Positions 14,249-28,762 of a stretch of 64,000 bases of DNA are shown piece by piece; positions within the stretch are counted from its first letter, which is position 1; the number at the start of each line of letters is the position of its first letter. The DNA is from the human T2T-CHM13v2.0 reference genome, Homo sapiens. The notes beneath the pieces are model-generated. The model was not told the origin of the DNA, ran no database searches, and saw only the letters and a list, made by a program, of their open reading frames with translations. The stretch lies in assembly GCF_009914755.1 (NCBI RefSeq), contig NC_060937.1; one strand, 5' to 3'. Both the position numbers and the translations under genes were made by a program.

Positions 14249-16532
14249 TCTATTTTTCTGTTTTTATGCTGCTGATAAAGACATACCTGAGACCAGGAAG
14301 AAAAAGAGGTTTAATTATGCTTACAGTACTACATGGCTGAGGAGGCTTCAGAATCATGGTGTGAGGCAAAAGGCACTTCTTACATGGTTGTGGCAAGAGA
14401 AAATGAGGAAGAAGCAAAAGCAGGAACCCCTGATAAACCCATCAGATCTTGTGAGACTTATTTATTATCATGAGAATGGCACAGGAAAGACCAGATACCA
14501 TGATTCAATTACCTCCTCCTGGGTCTCTCCCACAACACGTGGGAATTCTGGAAGATACAATTCAAGTTGAGATTTGGGTGGGGACACAACCCAATCAAAT
14601 AATTCTGCCCCGGCCCTTCCAAATTTCACATCCTCACATTTCAAAACCAATTGTGTTTCCTCAACATTCCCCCAAACTCTTAACTCATTTCAGCATTAAC
14701 CCAAAAGTCCATAGTCCAAAGTCTCATCTGAGACAAGGCAAGTCCCTTCCACCTATGAAGCCTGTAAAATGAAAAGCAAGCTAGTTACCTCCTAGATACA
14801 ATGGGGATACAGGTATTGGGTAAATACAGCCATTCCGAATGGAAGAAATTGGCCAAAACAAAGGGGTTACAGGACCATGCAAGTCTGAAATCTATCAGGA
14901 CAGTTAAATTTTAAAGCTCCAAAATGATCTCCTTTGACACCAGGTCTTACATCTGGTCATGCTAAAGCAAGAGGTGGGTTCCCATGGTCTTGGGCAACTC
15001 TGCCTCTCTGGCTTTGCAGGGTACAGCCTCCCTCTTGGCTGCTTTTATGGGCTAGCATTGAGTGTCTGCAGCTTTTTCAGGAGCACAGTGCAAGCTGTCA
15101 GGAGATCTACCATTCTGGGGTCTGGAGGCTGGTGGCCCTCTTCTCGCAGCTCCACTAGGCAGTGCCCCAGTAGAAACTCTCTCTGGGGGCTCTGACCCCA
15201 CATTTCTCTTCCACACTGCCCCAGCAGAGGTTCTCCATGAGGGCCTTGTCCCTGCAGCCAACCTTTGCCTGGGATTCCAGGTATTTCTATACATCTTCTG
15301 AAATCTAGGCTGAGGTTCCCAAGCTTCAATTCTTGACCTCTGTGCACCACAGGCTCAACACCACATGGAAGCTGCCAAGGCTTGGGGCTTTCACCCTCTA
15401 AATCCACAGCCTGAGCTGTATGTTTGCCCCTTTCAGCCATGGCTGGAGCAGCTATGACACAGGGCACCAAGTCCCTAGGCTACACACAGCATGGGGACCC
15501 TGGGCCCAGCCCACAAAACCACTTTTTCCCCCCTGGGCCTCTGGACCTGCGGTGGGAGGGGCTGCCATGAAGGTCTCTGACATTTCCTGGCGATATTTCT
15601 CCTATGGTCTTGAGGATTCACATTAGACTCCTTGCTACTTATAAAATTTCTGCAGCCAGCTTGAATTTCTCCCCAGAAAAAGGGTTTTTCTTTTCTATCA
15701 TGTAGTCAGGCTGCAAATTTTTCAAACTTTTATGCTCTTCCTCCCTTATAAAATGGAATGACTTTAACAGTACCCAAGTCACCTCATGAATGCTTTACTG
15801 CTTAGAAATTTCTTCAGTCAGATATCCTAAATCATCTTTCTCAAGTTCAAAGTTCCATAAATCTCTAGGGCAGAGGCAAAATGCTGCCAGTCTGTTTGCT
15901 AAAACATAACAAGGGTCACCTTTCCTCCAGTTCACAACAAGTTTCTCACCTCCAACTGACACCACCTTAACCTGGACCCTATTGTCCATATCACTGTCAG
16001 CATTTTGGGCAAAGCCATTCATCAAGTCTCTAGGAAGTTCCAAACTTTTCCACATTTTCCTGGGTTCTTCTGAGCCCTCCAAATTGTTTCAACCTCTGCC
16101 TATTACCCAATTCCAAAGTCGCTTCCACATTTTTGGGTATCTCTTCATGAATGCCTCACTCTACTGGTACCAATTTACTGTATTAGTGCATTTTCATGCT
16201 GCTGATGAAGACATACCTGAGACTGGGAAGAAAAAGAGGTTTAATTGGACTTACATTTCCACATGGCTGAGGAGCCCTCAGAATCATGGCGGGAGGTAAA
16301 AGGCACTTCTTATGTGGTGGCAGCAAGAGAAAATGAGGAAGAAGCAAGAGCAGAAACCCCTGATAAAACCGTCAGATCTTGTGAGACTTATTCACTATCA
16401 TGCGAATAGCACAGGAAAGACCGGCCCTCATGATTCAATTACCTCCCACGGGGTCTCTCCCACAACACGTGGGAATTCTGGGAGATACAATTCAAGTTGA
16501 GATTTGAGTGGGGACACAGCCAAACCATATCA
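14249..16532 (-). mobile_element. Complete THE1C provirus (LTR-internal-LTR)
   Basis: Two 354-bp LTRs (14249-14602 and 16179-16532), ~1.58-kb THE1 internal region with a broken ORF, 5-bp TSD ATATG at 14244-14248 and 16533-16537. Confidence 0.93.
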
Positions 16533-19500
16533 ATATGAATCAACAGTCACTTCAGAACACAGAACACATTTCATAATACTATCCTAATGAAAAAAATTGG
16601 GATTAAAAAACTGGCATGTTTGCCAAATTTTCACCCTGCACATGGTTATAATATGCTAGACTGTCAAGGACATTTTTAAGCTTAGTTTCTAATGTGATTC
16701 TGAGAGTATTTTGCAAGAGAAATTATAAAAGCACAGGTCACATTTGATGATTGAGTTTGGTACTTGACCTTACACCAGATTCTTTAAATATTTTTTACTA
16801 CGAAGTCCTCTTCAAATCAAACATATTGTTTTTTTAAATAACTTAATAAAATTTATCAGTTGGCTTGAACATGTCTTTCTGCTACAACCAACAGGATTTG
16901 AGCATTTTTGCTATCTGAATAAGCATGAATCTTATACAGACAATATTAATTATATCAAACAAAAAAGTCACAATTGGCATGACTTTGAACGCAGAACCAT
17001 TTTAATTATCAAACAAAATATTCACAGAAGACACAGAAAGAAAAAACTATCATGGTGGTTCCACAGAAATATAAAGGTAATATATTTAAAATCAAACATT
17101 GTAAGTTTCTTCAGAGGAATACTTCACTAAGTAATAATACATTTCTTTTAACAAAATTAATATTGTTAAACTACTTAAATGAGTTATTTTCCATTAGGAG
17201 GGCATATAACACTAGTATTTAAAACTAAATTTTGTAACAAGAGGTATAAAAATTTGAATAAAATTGTCTTTTTATTTTATTTAAGTATACTCCTCTGTTT
17301 AGTATCCTATAGATGAGGCCACAATTATGAGTCCCCAATTTTACATTTTTTTAAATCAAATTGCTTTTTCCAAAAATACTGATGGAGTTTTACAACTCTG
17401 ACAGCACCCATACAACCGTTATTGCAAAAAAAAAAAAAAAATAGTGAATGCATATAACGTTGACTTGCTGAATGCACTCTGAAGTAATAGTAACTTCTGA
17501 ATGGCCTCTGCAGTATATTTCTTATGTGAAGTGAATGGGATATAGACTGTTCTTGTACTACATCACAGGAATTAGTTTCTTGGGATTAGCATAATGCAAT
17601 TTTCTCAATTCTCCTTTCCACTTTAATGTTTCTATGTGCCTGTTTGTTTATAAGAAAGTACCATCATTCACTCCAATTCATTAAGGAAATGCCTAAGCAG
17701 CATAGTTCTGTATAATTTTGAGCATCGTTTTAAAAATTGTGCATGAGAAAACTGGATCTGTGCAGTTTTTTATTCAGCTTTAACATTTTCCATTGAGACG
17801 TACACTAGATTTACTTCAATGCTGATTATGCCAAAATATGATCAAACTGCTATAAAAGTGTGTAAAAGCAGCTACACTTTTCATTAAATGGGTTCATTTT
17901 GATATGAATATTGTTTGTTATGGGATAATAGGGAAGATGTTTTGCTATTTCTATTATGGAAAAATTATATCCAACTGCTATCTAGCATTTCATTGCAAAA
18001 TATAGCTAAAAGTGAGAATATACTTCACCAACTGGAGTGCAAACTAAGCCTGGATATTTTTATCAATTGTAGATCATAAAGCACCAAAGTGCAATGCATT
18101 CTTTTGACTTTTCAGATTATCACTCTGCATTAATCACTTATCTGGACCACTTCTGAACATTCACTTTTTACACAGCACTTATCTTTGATTCTGTATGTGT
18201 CATTTAATTAGCTTTATTTTCTATTGGGTTTTATATAGCCAATCTAATCTTGCATAAAACTATCTCAGTTAGATCTTAAGACAGTCCAAATATCTGTACA
18301 TTCTGTGTCTGAGACTACACACATTTTCAGAGAAATGATCATTTAAATTCAGCTATTGGATTGTCAGTAGATTCATGCTAACTACTCCAAAAAGTGGTGG
18401 AAAATCTGAAAAAAAAATTTTTCAATTAAGTTCAAATTATATTGTTAACACTACTTGCTATACTTTTACTCTGATATTTCTGATGATTGCTAATCAATAT
18501 CCAACTATAAATTCAGCTTTAAACAAATTAAAGAACAACTTGTTTTTTTGTCTCTCCTTGCCTCTGGTTTTAAATATTCTATCGGAATTTGCTGTCTCTT
18601 TAATGATCTTCTGCTAACCTTGAATAACCAACTCCACATTAGCTCATCCATGTTACCAGTTGATTGTACATGTTTCTGTGTATATGCATGTTGCATGCGC
18701 TGAAGCCATTTATTCAAAAACGTTTATTACATACATTCTATGAAAAATACCTGGTCTTTATCTCTAATGAATGAACCATCAAGAATAAAAAGAGTTTGTG
18801 TATATGTGATATGAATGTACACATAAAAATACAAAGAACACAACTATAGAAGATGATATTATGCATGATATAAATTCATTTACTTAAAAAATTTTTAGCA
18901 TCTATTTTTTAAGAGACTTCTAAACTTGGGGGTTAGAAAGACAAACAATTCTCAAAGCACACAGGAGTCATTTACTCTTGATTGAAAAAACTTATAGAGA
19001 TGTTAATGGCATTTGAATTAATTCCAGAAGATAAAGTAAGATTTTTCCAGAAAATAAAATGATAAGACAAAAATTCAGGCAAATGGAAAGATATAAGCAG
19101 TACAAAAAAATGGAAAAGGCATAGTAACCTGAATTTTGATAGGTTACAGAAATAATAATACGTAAAAGAGTTGCAAAAGAATTGTGTGGGATTCACAGTC
19201 AAATCATTATTGCCAGAATAACATTTTCAAAGGAGCACAAGAAAGCAAGGACATTTTAAATTATTAGTGCATGAATCACAGAATGGAGGTGGAGAAAAGA
19301 GAAAGTTAGATTTTGCTAAAGAGTAAAGACAGCAGGCTTATTCCAAGGAGTATAAATGGGTGTAGGAAGGGCTAAGTATCGAAAAAGAAATAGAACTAAA
19401 TAGTGAAACAAGTTGTGGAAAGCTCATGTAATTTATAAGATATATGGTCATATTTCTTACATAAAAGGAGGCCCAACAATTCAAAGAGAAAGAAAAAACA

Positions 19501-20639
19501 AATGTTGAAACATAATCAGTAAATAAAAATAAATAATAAAATATGACTATGTTCAATATTATCAGTAAATGCAAGTTAAATTATAAAATATGAAGAACGG
19601 CAAAGCAAAAGAGTTGAATACAAAGCCGCACCATTCGTCCCCGGTAGGAACACCATATTTAACAACTATCTACACACAAATAAAGCACCTTCACGAGAAC
19701 CAAAAATCAGGTGAGCACTTACATTACCTGGTTTTAACTGCATATTGTCGAAAGAGGCACTAATGAAGGTAGAAAAGACAGTCTTAAATTGCTGATGTCA
19801 TCCACCTCCCATTGCCTGGCAGCAGCCCGAGAAAGAATCTATGCACTTGGAAGAGGGAAAGCACAGCAATTGTGAGACATTGTATTGAACTCAGTGATTC
19901 CCTGTCACAACAGAAAGCAAAACTGTGCTGAACTCCGTTAAAGCCAGTCCATGGAGTATTTAAATCAGCCATAGCCAGAGGGGAACTGTCCATCCCAGCA
20001 GTTGTAATTTGAGTTCTGATAAGCCTCACCACCACAGTCTAGAGTGATTGGGGGCCCCAAATAAACTTGAAAGGCAGTTTAGGCCATAAGGATAGCAGCT
20101 TGTAGGTGAGTCCTCGTGCTGAATTGGCCTCAGAGCCAGTGGACTTGAAGGGCATGGGACCTACTGAGACACCAGCTGAGGTAGCTAAGGCAGTGCTTGT
20201 GTCACCCCTTTCCCAAACCCAGGCTCCAATAAAATACCCTTTCCTTCCACATGATAAGAGAAAAGGGAGAGCACATTGTCTTGTGACTTGGATACCAGCT
20301 CACCCAAAGTAGGTCAGGGCACCAGTCAAAGTCATGAGGCCCCTTTCCCAGGCCCAAGCTCCTGGAAGACATTTCTAGAAACACCCTGGGCTGGAAGGGA
20401 ATCCGCTGCCTTGATGGGAAGGATAAAGTCCTGAAAGGATCTATCACATGCTGACAAAGGAGACCTTGGCCTCTGAATAACCAGCAGCAACAAATAGAAG
20501 AAAGAACTTCAGAGCTTGAAGACAAGGTTTTCAAATTAATCAAATTCAATAAACACAAAGAAAAAAGAATTTAAAAAAAATAAACAAAGCCTCCAAGAAG
20601 TTTGGGATTATGTTAAACAACCAAATATAAAAATAACTG

Positions 20640-20939
20640 AGCTGTGTGGGGTGGCTCATGCCTGTAATCCCAGCACTTTGGGAGGCTGAGGCAGGTGGAT
20701 CACGAGGTCAGGAGATCAAGACCATCCTGGCTAACACAGTGAAACCCCGTCTCTACTAAAAATACAAAAAAATTAGCCAGGCGTGGTGGCGGGTGCCTGT
20801 AGTCCCAGCTGCTTGGGAGGCTGAGGCAGGAGAATGGCATGAACCTGGGAGGCAGAGCTCTCAGTGAGCCGAGATCATGCCACTGCGCTCCAGCCTGGGC
20901 AACAGAGCGAGACTCTGTCTCAAAAAAAAAAAAAAAAAA
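20640..20939 (+). mobile_element. AluY inserted in L1PB ORF1
   Basis: gatcacgaggtcaggagatcaagaccatcctggctaac...agaatggcatgaacc; A18 tail. Confidence 0.92.
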
Positions 20940-23900
20940 TTGGGGTTCCCAAGGAAGAAGAGAAATCTAAACATTTGGAAAACATATTTGAGGGAATAAT
21001 TGAGGAAAGCTTCCCTGGCCTTGCTAGAGATCTAGACATCCACATACAAGAACTCAAAGAACACCTGGGAAATGTATTGCAAAAAGATCATCACCTAGGC
21101 ACATAGACATCAGGTTATCTAAAGTCAAGACAAAAGAAAGAATTTTAGGAGCTATGAGGCAAAAGCATCAGGTAACCTAGAAAGGAAAACAGCAGATTTC
21201 TTAGCAGAAACCCTACAAGCTCTATGGGATTGGGGTCCTAGCTGTAGCATCCTTAAACGAAACAATTATCTGCCAAGAATTTTCTATCCAGTAAAACTAA
21301 GCTTCATAAATGAAGAAAAGATACAGTGTTTTTCATACAAACAAATGCTTAGAGAATTTGCCCCTACCAAGCCAGCACTACAAGAACTGCTAAAAGGAGC
21401 TCTAAATATTTAAACAAATCCTCAAAATACACCAAAATAGAACCTCCTTAAAGCATAAATCTCACAGGACCTATAAAACAATAACATGATGAAAAAAAAA
21501 CAAAAAAAAAAAAACATAGCCTGATGAATAGAATATTACTTCACATCACTGAATGTAAATGGCCTAAATGCTCCACTTAAAAGATACAGAATGGAAGAAT
21601 GGACAAAAATTCACCAAGCAAGTATCTGCTGTCTTCAAGACATGCACCTAAAACATAAGGACTCTCATAAACTTAAGGTAAAGGGGTGGAAAAAGATGTT
21701 TTATGCAAATGAATACCAAAATCGAGCAGAAGTAGCTATTCTTATATCAGACAAAACAAACTTTAAAGAAACAGCAGTTAAAAAAGACTAAGAGGGACAT
21801 TATGTAATGATAAAAAGACTTGTCCAACAGGAAAATACCAAAATCCTAAATATATATGCATCTAACACTGGAACTCCCAAATATATAAAACAATTATTAC
21901 TAGACCTAAGAAATGAGACAGACAGCAACACAATGGACTTCAATACTCCACTGACAGCACTAGACAGGTCATCAAGACAGAAAATCAACAAAGAAACAAT
22001 GGACTTAAACTATACCATAAAACAATTGGACTTAACATATATTTACAGAACATTCTACCAAACAGCAGCAGAATATACGTTCTATTCATGAACACATAGA
22101 ACATTCTCCAAGATAGACTATATGATAGGCCACAAAACAAGTCTCAATACATTTTTTAAAAATGGAAATTATATCAAGTACCCTCTCAGGCTACAGTGGG
22201 ATAAAATTGGAAATCAGCTCTAAAAAGAACCCCCCAAATCATGCAAATACCTGAAAATTAAATAACCTGCTCATGAACAATTATTGAGTCAACAATGAAA
22301 TCAAGATGGAAATTAAATCTTCTTTGAACTGAACAATAATAGTGACACAACCTATCGAAACCTCTGGGACACAGCAAAGACAATGTTAAGAGGAAAGTTC
22401 ACAGCATTAAATATCTACATCAAAAAGCCTGAAAGGGCACAGAAAGAAAATCTAAGGTCACATTTCATGGAACTAGAGAAATAAGAACAAACTAAACCCA
22501 AACCCAGCAGAAGAAAATAAATAACAAAGATCAGAGCAGAACTAAATGAAATTGAAACAAAAAAAAAATACAAAAGATAAATTAAACAAAGAGGTGGCTT
22601 TTTGAAAAGATAAACAAAATCAATAACCATTAGTGAGATTAATCAAGAAAAGAAGAGAGAAGATTCAAATAATCTCAACTAGAAACAAAACAGGAGATAT
22701 TACAACCGATACCATAAAAAAGTCAAAGATCATTCAAGCCTACTACGAACACCTTTATACACATAAATAAGAAAACCTAGAGAAGATGCATAAATGTTTG
22801 CAAATATACAACCCTCCTAGATAAAACCAGGAATAAATAGAAACTCTGAACAGACCAATAGCAAGTAGAAAGATTGAGATGGTAATACAAAAAATGCCAA
22901 CAACAAAAAATAGTTCAGGACCAGATGGATTCACAGCTGAATTCTATCAGACATTCAAAGAATAAGTCATATCAATCCTACTGACACTAATCCAAAAGAG
23001 AGAAAAAGAGGGAATCTCCCTAAGTCATTCTATGAAGCCAGTATCACCCTAATACCCAAACCAGGAAAGGACATAACAACAACAACAACAACAAAAACTA
23101 CAAACTAATATCCCTGATGAACATAGGTGCAAAAATCCTCAACAAAATACTAGCGAACTTAATTCAACAACATCTCACAAAGATAATCTACCATGATCAA
23201 GTCAATTTCATACCAGGGATGCAGGGATGGCTTAATGTACATAAGTCAATAAATGTGATACACCACATAAACAAAATTATAAACAAAAATCGCATGATCA
23301 TCTCAATAGATTCAGAGAAAGCATTAGACACAATCCAGCAAAAATTTGTGATTAAAATCCTCAGCAAAATCAGCATAGAAGGGACATACCTTAAGGTAAT
23401 AAAAGCCATCTATGACAAACCCACGGTCAACATTGTACTGAATGGGGAAATTTTGAAAGCATTTCCCCTGATAATTGGATCAAGAAAAGGATGCCCACTT
23501 TCACTACTTCTGCTCAACATAATACTGGAAGTCATAGCCAGAGCAGTCAGACAAGAGAAAGAAATAAATGGCATCCAAATCGGTAAAGAGAAAGCCAAAC
23601 TGTCGCTGTTTGCTGACAATATGGTCATATATCTAGAAACCATAAAGACTCTTCCAAAAAGCGCCTTGAACTGATAAATGAATTCAGCAAAGTTTTAGAA
23701 TACAAAATTAATGTACACAAATCAACAACACTGCTATACGCCAAGAATGGCCAAACTGAGAATCAAATCAAGAATGCAACCCCTTTTATGATAGCTGCAA
23801 AAATAAAATAAAATAAAATAAAATACTTAGAAATATACCTAACCAAGAAGGTGAAAGAATTCTAGAATTAAAACTACAAAACACTGTTGAAAGAAATTAT

Positions 23901-24284
23901 AGATGACACAAACAAATGGCAACACATCCATATTCATGGATCGGTAGAAACTATTGTGAACATAACCATCCTGCCAAAAGCAATCTACAAATTAAATGTA
24001 ATTTCCATCAAAATACTATCATCATTATTGACAGGACTAGCAAAAACAATCCTAAAATTTTGACAGGACTAGCAAAAAAGAACCTGCATAGCCAAAGCAA
24101 GACTAAACAAAATGAACAAACCTGGAGGCATTACATTACAGACTTCAAACTACACTATAAGGCCATAGTCACCAAAATAACATGGTTCTGGCATAAAAAT
24201 AGAGCACATAGACCAATTAAAGAGAATAGAGAAGCCAGAAATAAAGCCAAATACTTAGAGCCAACTGATCTTTAACAAAGAAAG

Positions 24285-24480
24285 CCCAGCAATCCCATTA
24301 CTGTGTATATACCCAAAGGATTATAAATCATTCTACTATAAAGACACATGCACACGTGTGTTTATTGCAGCACTGTTCACAATAGTAAAGACTTGGAACC
24401 AACCCAAATGCCTACCAATGATAGACTGGATAAAGAAAATGTGGCACATATACACCATGGAATACTATGCAGCCATAAAA
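24285..24480 (+). mobile_element. Internal L1PA (approx. PA5-8) ORF2 fragment nested in L1PB
   Basis: cccagcaatccc...gcagccataaaa, flanked by AACAAAG at 24274-24280 and 24479-24485; no 3'UTR. Confidence 0.85.
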
Positions 24481-25387
24481 CAAAGCAAACTAAAACATAA
24501 TGTGGGGAAAGGACACTCTACTCAACAAATGGTGCTGGGATAATTGGCAAGCCACATGTAGAAGAAGGAAACTGGACTCTCACCTTATACAAAAATCAAC
24601 TTGAGATGAATCAAATACTTAAATCTAAGACCTGAAACTATAAAAATTCTAGAAGATAACATCAGAAAAACCCTTGTAGATATTGGCTTAGGCAAAGACT
24701 TCATTACCAAGAACCCAAAAGCAAATGCAACAAAAACAAAGATAAATAGATGGGACTTAATTAAACTAAAAATCTTCTGCAACCCAAAGAGTGAGAGAAA
24801 ATCTTCCTAATCTATACACCTGACAAAGAACTAATATCCAGAATCTACAACGAACTCAAACAAATCAGCAAAAAAAAAAAAAAATCCAATCTCATCAAAA
24901 AGTGGACTAACGACATGAAGAGACAATTCTCATAAGAAGATAATAAATGGCCGTAAAACATATGGAAAAATGCTCAGCATCACTAATGATCAGAAAAATG
25001 CAAGTCAAAACCGCAATTCAATACCACCTTACCACCTTACTCCTGCAAGAATGGCCATAATCAGAAAATAGTGGATGTTGGCATGGATCTGGTGAAAAGG
25101 AAACATCTTTACACTGCTGGTGTGAATGTAAGCTAATACAACCACTATGACAAACAGTGTGGAGATTCCTTAAATGACTAAAAGCAGATCTGCCATTTGA
25201 TCTGGCAATCCTACTACTGGGTGTCTATTCAGAGGAAAATAAGTCATTACATGAAAAAGATACTTTTACATGCATGTTTATAGCAGCACAATTTGAAACT
25301 GCAAAAATATGGGACAAGCCCAAATGCGCATCAACCTACAAGTGGATAAAGAAAATGTGGTCTATATATATCATGGAATACTACTCA

Positions 25388-25388
<1 letters not shown>

Positions 25389-25429
<41 letters not shown>

Positions 25430-25437
25430 TACACACA
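25389..25437. repeat. (CA)n microsatellite in L1PB
   Basis: Direct reading. Confidence 0.95.
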
Positions 25438-25959
25438 GAGTAATGGCATTTGCAGAAACCTGGATGGATTTGGAGACCATTATTCTAAGTAAAGTAACTT
25501 GGAAATGGAAAACCAAACATCATATATTTTCTCTCATAGCAGAAGCTAAACTATGCAGATGAAAAGGCATAAGAATAATACAATGGACTTTGGGGACTCA
25601 GGGGAAAGGGTGGGAGAGGGATGACGGATAAAAGACTATACACTGGGTACAGTGTACACTGCTCAGGTGATGGGTGCAACAAAATCCCAGAAATCACCAC
25701 TAAAGTAGTTATTCGTGTAACCAAACACCAACTGTTCCCCCAAAACCTATTAAAATAAAAAAAAATTAAAAAATAAAGAAAGACCAAAAAACAAAGAGAA
25801 AGAAATAGAAGTGATGTTGAATTCTGTCTCATTCTAATAGTAAGTGATATTTATTTAAAAATACATAACCTAATCGGAACCAAAGCCTACTCATTTTAGT
25901 AATAAATACATTTGCCACAATATTTTAAAATTAATAAATATAATTATTTGGAATTTACA

Positions 25960-28762
25960 AACAAAAAATGTCTCCCAGAAACAAGCCTGGGACCCAATGG
26001 CTTCACTGCTGAATTCCACCAAATGTTTAAAAACAAACTAATAATGGCTACTCAAGCCATTCTGAAAAATAAAGGACACACTTTCAAACACGGTCTACAA
26101 AGTAAGTATTATCCTGATACCAAAACCAGAGTAAGACATAAAAAAATTATAGGTCAATATTACTGATAAATATTGATACAAAATTCCTAAACAAAACATT
26201 AGCAAACTTAATTCAACAATACATTAAAAAGATAATTTATCATGACCAAGTACCATTTATCTCAGGGATGCTAAGATGGTTCAAATCAATCAATGTGATG
26301 CCTCACATCAACAGTATGAAAGATAAAAACCATATGATCATGTCAATTCATGCTGAAAAGGCATTTGGTAAAATTCTACATCTCTTCATGATAAAAACCC
26401 TCAAAAACTGAGTATAGAAGGAACATACCACAACAAAATAAAAGCTATACATGACAGACTCATAGCTAGCTTTACACACAGTGGGGAAATATGGAAGGGC
26501 TTTCCTCTAAGATCTGGAGTATGACAAGGATGCCCACTGTCACCACTGTTATTCAACATAGTAGTGGAAGTCCTAGAAAGAGCATTCACACTAAAGAAAA
26601 AAATAAAAGGCATCCTAACTGAAAAGAAGAAAGTCAAATTATTTTTGTTTGCAGATAATATTATCTTATATTTGGAGAAACCTAAAGATTCCACCAAAAA
26701 ATGATGAGAATTGATAAACAAAGTCAGTAAAGTTGTAGGATACAAAAATCAACATATGAAAGTCAGTAGCATTTCTATATGCTAGCAGAAAACAATCTGA
26801 AAAAGAAATCAAGAAAGTAATTCCATTTACAATAGGCAATAGGAACAAATAAACAAAATACATAGGAATTAAGGAAAGAAGCGAATGATCTCTACAATGA
26901 AAACTAAAACATCAGTACGAAAAGTTGAAGTGGTCAACAAAAAAAGAAAACAAAATGTATTCCATGTTCATGAATTCAAAGAATCAATATTGTTAAAATA
27001 TCCATACTACCCAAAACAATCTACAGATTTAATGTTATTTCTATCAAAATACCGGGAGCATTGCTTACTTAACTAGAAAAAACAATTCTAAAGTTTATAT
27101 GGAATCAGAAAAGGCCCAGAATAACCAAAGCTATCCTAAGCAAAAAGCACAAAACTGGAAGTTTCACATTACCTGACTTTATACTACAGAGCTATAGTAA
27201 CCAAAAGAGCATGGTACTGGCATAAAAACAGTCACATAGATAGTGGAATAGCATACAGAACAAAAAGATAAATCCATACATGCCCAGTGACCTAGTGATC
27301 TCATTTTGACAAAGGTGCTAAGAACATACACTGGGGAGAGACAGACTGTTCAAGAAATATTTCTGGGAAAACTGGATATCCATAAGCCAATGAATAAAAC
27401 TGGACTCCTATTTCTTGCCATATAGAAAAATCATATTCACATGTATTAAAGACTTAAATTGAAGACCTCAAACTATAAAACTACTACAAGAAAACATTGG
27501 GAAAATGCTCCAGGACATCAGTCTGGGCAAATATTTTATTCAGCAATACCCCACAAGCATAGGCAACCAAAGCATAAATGAACAAATGGAATCACATCAA
27601 ATTAAAAAGCTTCTGCACAGCAGAGGAAACAATCAACAAAGTCAAGAGACAACTCATAGAATGAGAGAGAAATATTGTCAAACTACCCATCTGAGAAGGG
27701 ATTAATATCCAGAATATATAAGGAGTTCAAACAACTCTATAAGAAAACATCTAATAATCTGATAAAAAATGGGCCAAATATCTGAATAGTCATTTCTCAA
27801 AAGAAGATATTTCAAATGGCAAACACACATAAGAAAAGTTGCTCAATATCATTGATCATCAGAGAAATGAAAATCAAATCAAAACTACAATGAGATATTA
27901 TCTCACCCCAGTTACAATGGCTTATACTCAAAAGACAGGAAATAACAAATGTTGGCAAGGATATGGAGAAAAGGCAACCTCTGTATGCTGTTGGTGGGAA
28001 TGTAAATTAGTACAACTACTCTGGAGAGCAGTTTGAAGATTCCTCAAAAACTAAAAATAGAGCTATGATATCATCCAGCAAATCCCACTGCTGGGTATAT
28101 ACCCAAAATAAAGAAAATCAGTATATTAAAGAGATATTTGCACTCCCATGTTTGTTGCAGCACAATTCATAATAAGGGAGATTTGGAAGCAATCTAAATG
28201 TGCATCAACAGATGAATGGATAAAGAAAAATCTGGTACACATATGCAATGGAGTACTATTCAGCCATAAGAAAGAATGAGTTCTAGTCATTTGCAACAAC
28301 GTGAGTGGAATTGGTGATCATTATGTTAAGTGCAGTAAGCCAGAAACAGAAAGACAAACTTTGCATGCTCTCACTTATTTTGGGGAGCTAAAAGTCAAAA
28401 CAATTGAATTCATAGGGATAGAGAGTAGAAGGATGGTTACCAGAGGCTGGGAAGCGTGGTGGAGGTTGGGGGAAAAGTGGGGATGGTGAAGGAGTACAAA
28501 AAATATTAGGAAATAATAAATAAGACCTAGTATTTACTAGCACAAGAGGCTGACTGTAGTCAAAAATAATTTAATTATATATTACAATTAAAAGGGTATA
28601 ATAGGATTGTTTGTAACACAAAGAATACATGCTTGAAGTGAATACCCCATTTACCTTGTTGTGATTATTTCACATTGCATGCCTGTATCGAAATATCTCA
28701 TGTAAGCCATAAACATATACATCTAATATGCTACCAGAAATTTTAAAAAAACTTAAAAAAAA
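25960..28762 (+). mobile_element. 5'-truncated L1MA2/3-type LINE-1
   Basis: Decayed ORF2 from gacccaatggcttcactgctgaattc; L1MA 3'UTR (aataagacctagtattt...catgcctgtatcgaaatatctcatgt); A tail. Confidence 0.88.

Larger units (their letters stand above)
19597..25800 (+). mobile_element. Near-full-length L1PB-type LINE-1 with a 5'UTR/ORF1 deletion near 20490
   Basis: 5' end aacaccatatttaacaactatctacac...aaccaaaaatcaggtgag; decayed ORF1/ORF2 peptides (21591-23674); L1PB 3'UTR and A-rich tail. Confidence 0.9.

Noticed and set aside
14361-16500. Many overlapping ORFs of 60-141 aa
   Set aside because: Fragments of THE1C LTR and internal sequence.
18116-18192. Exon-like unit (ttttcAG...GTATGT)
   Set aside because: Stops in all three frames; such signals are frequent in AT-rich DNA.
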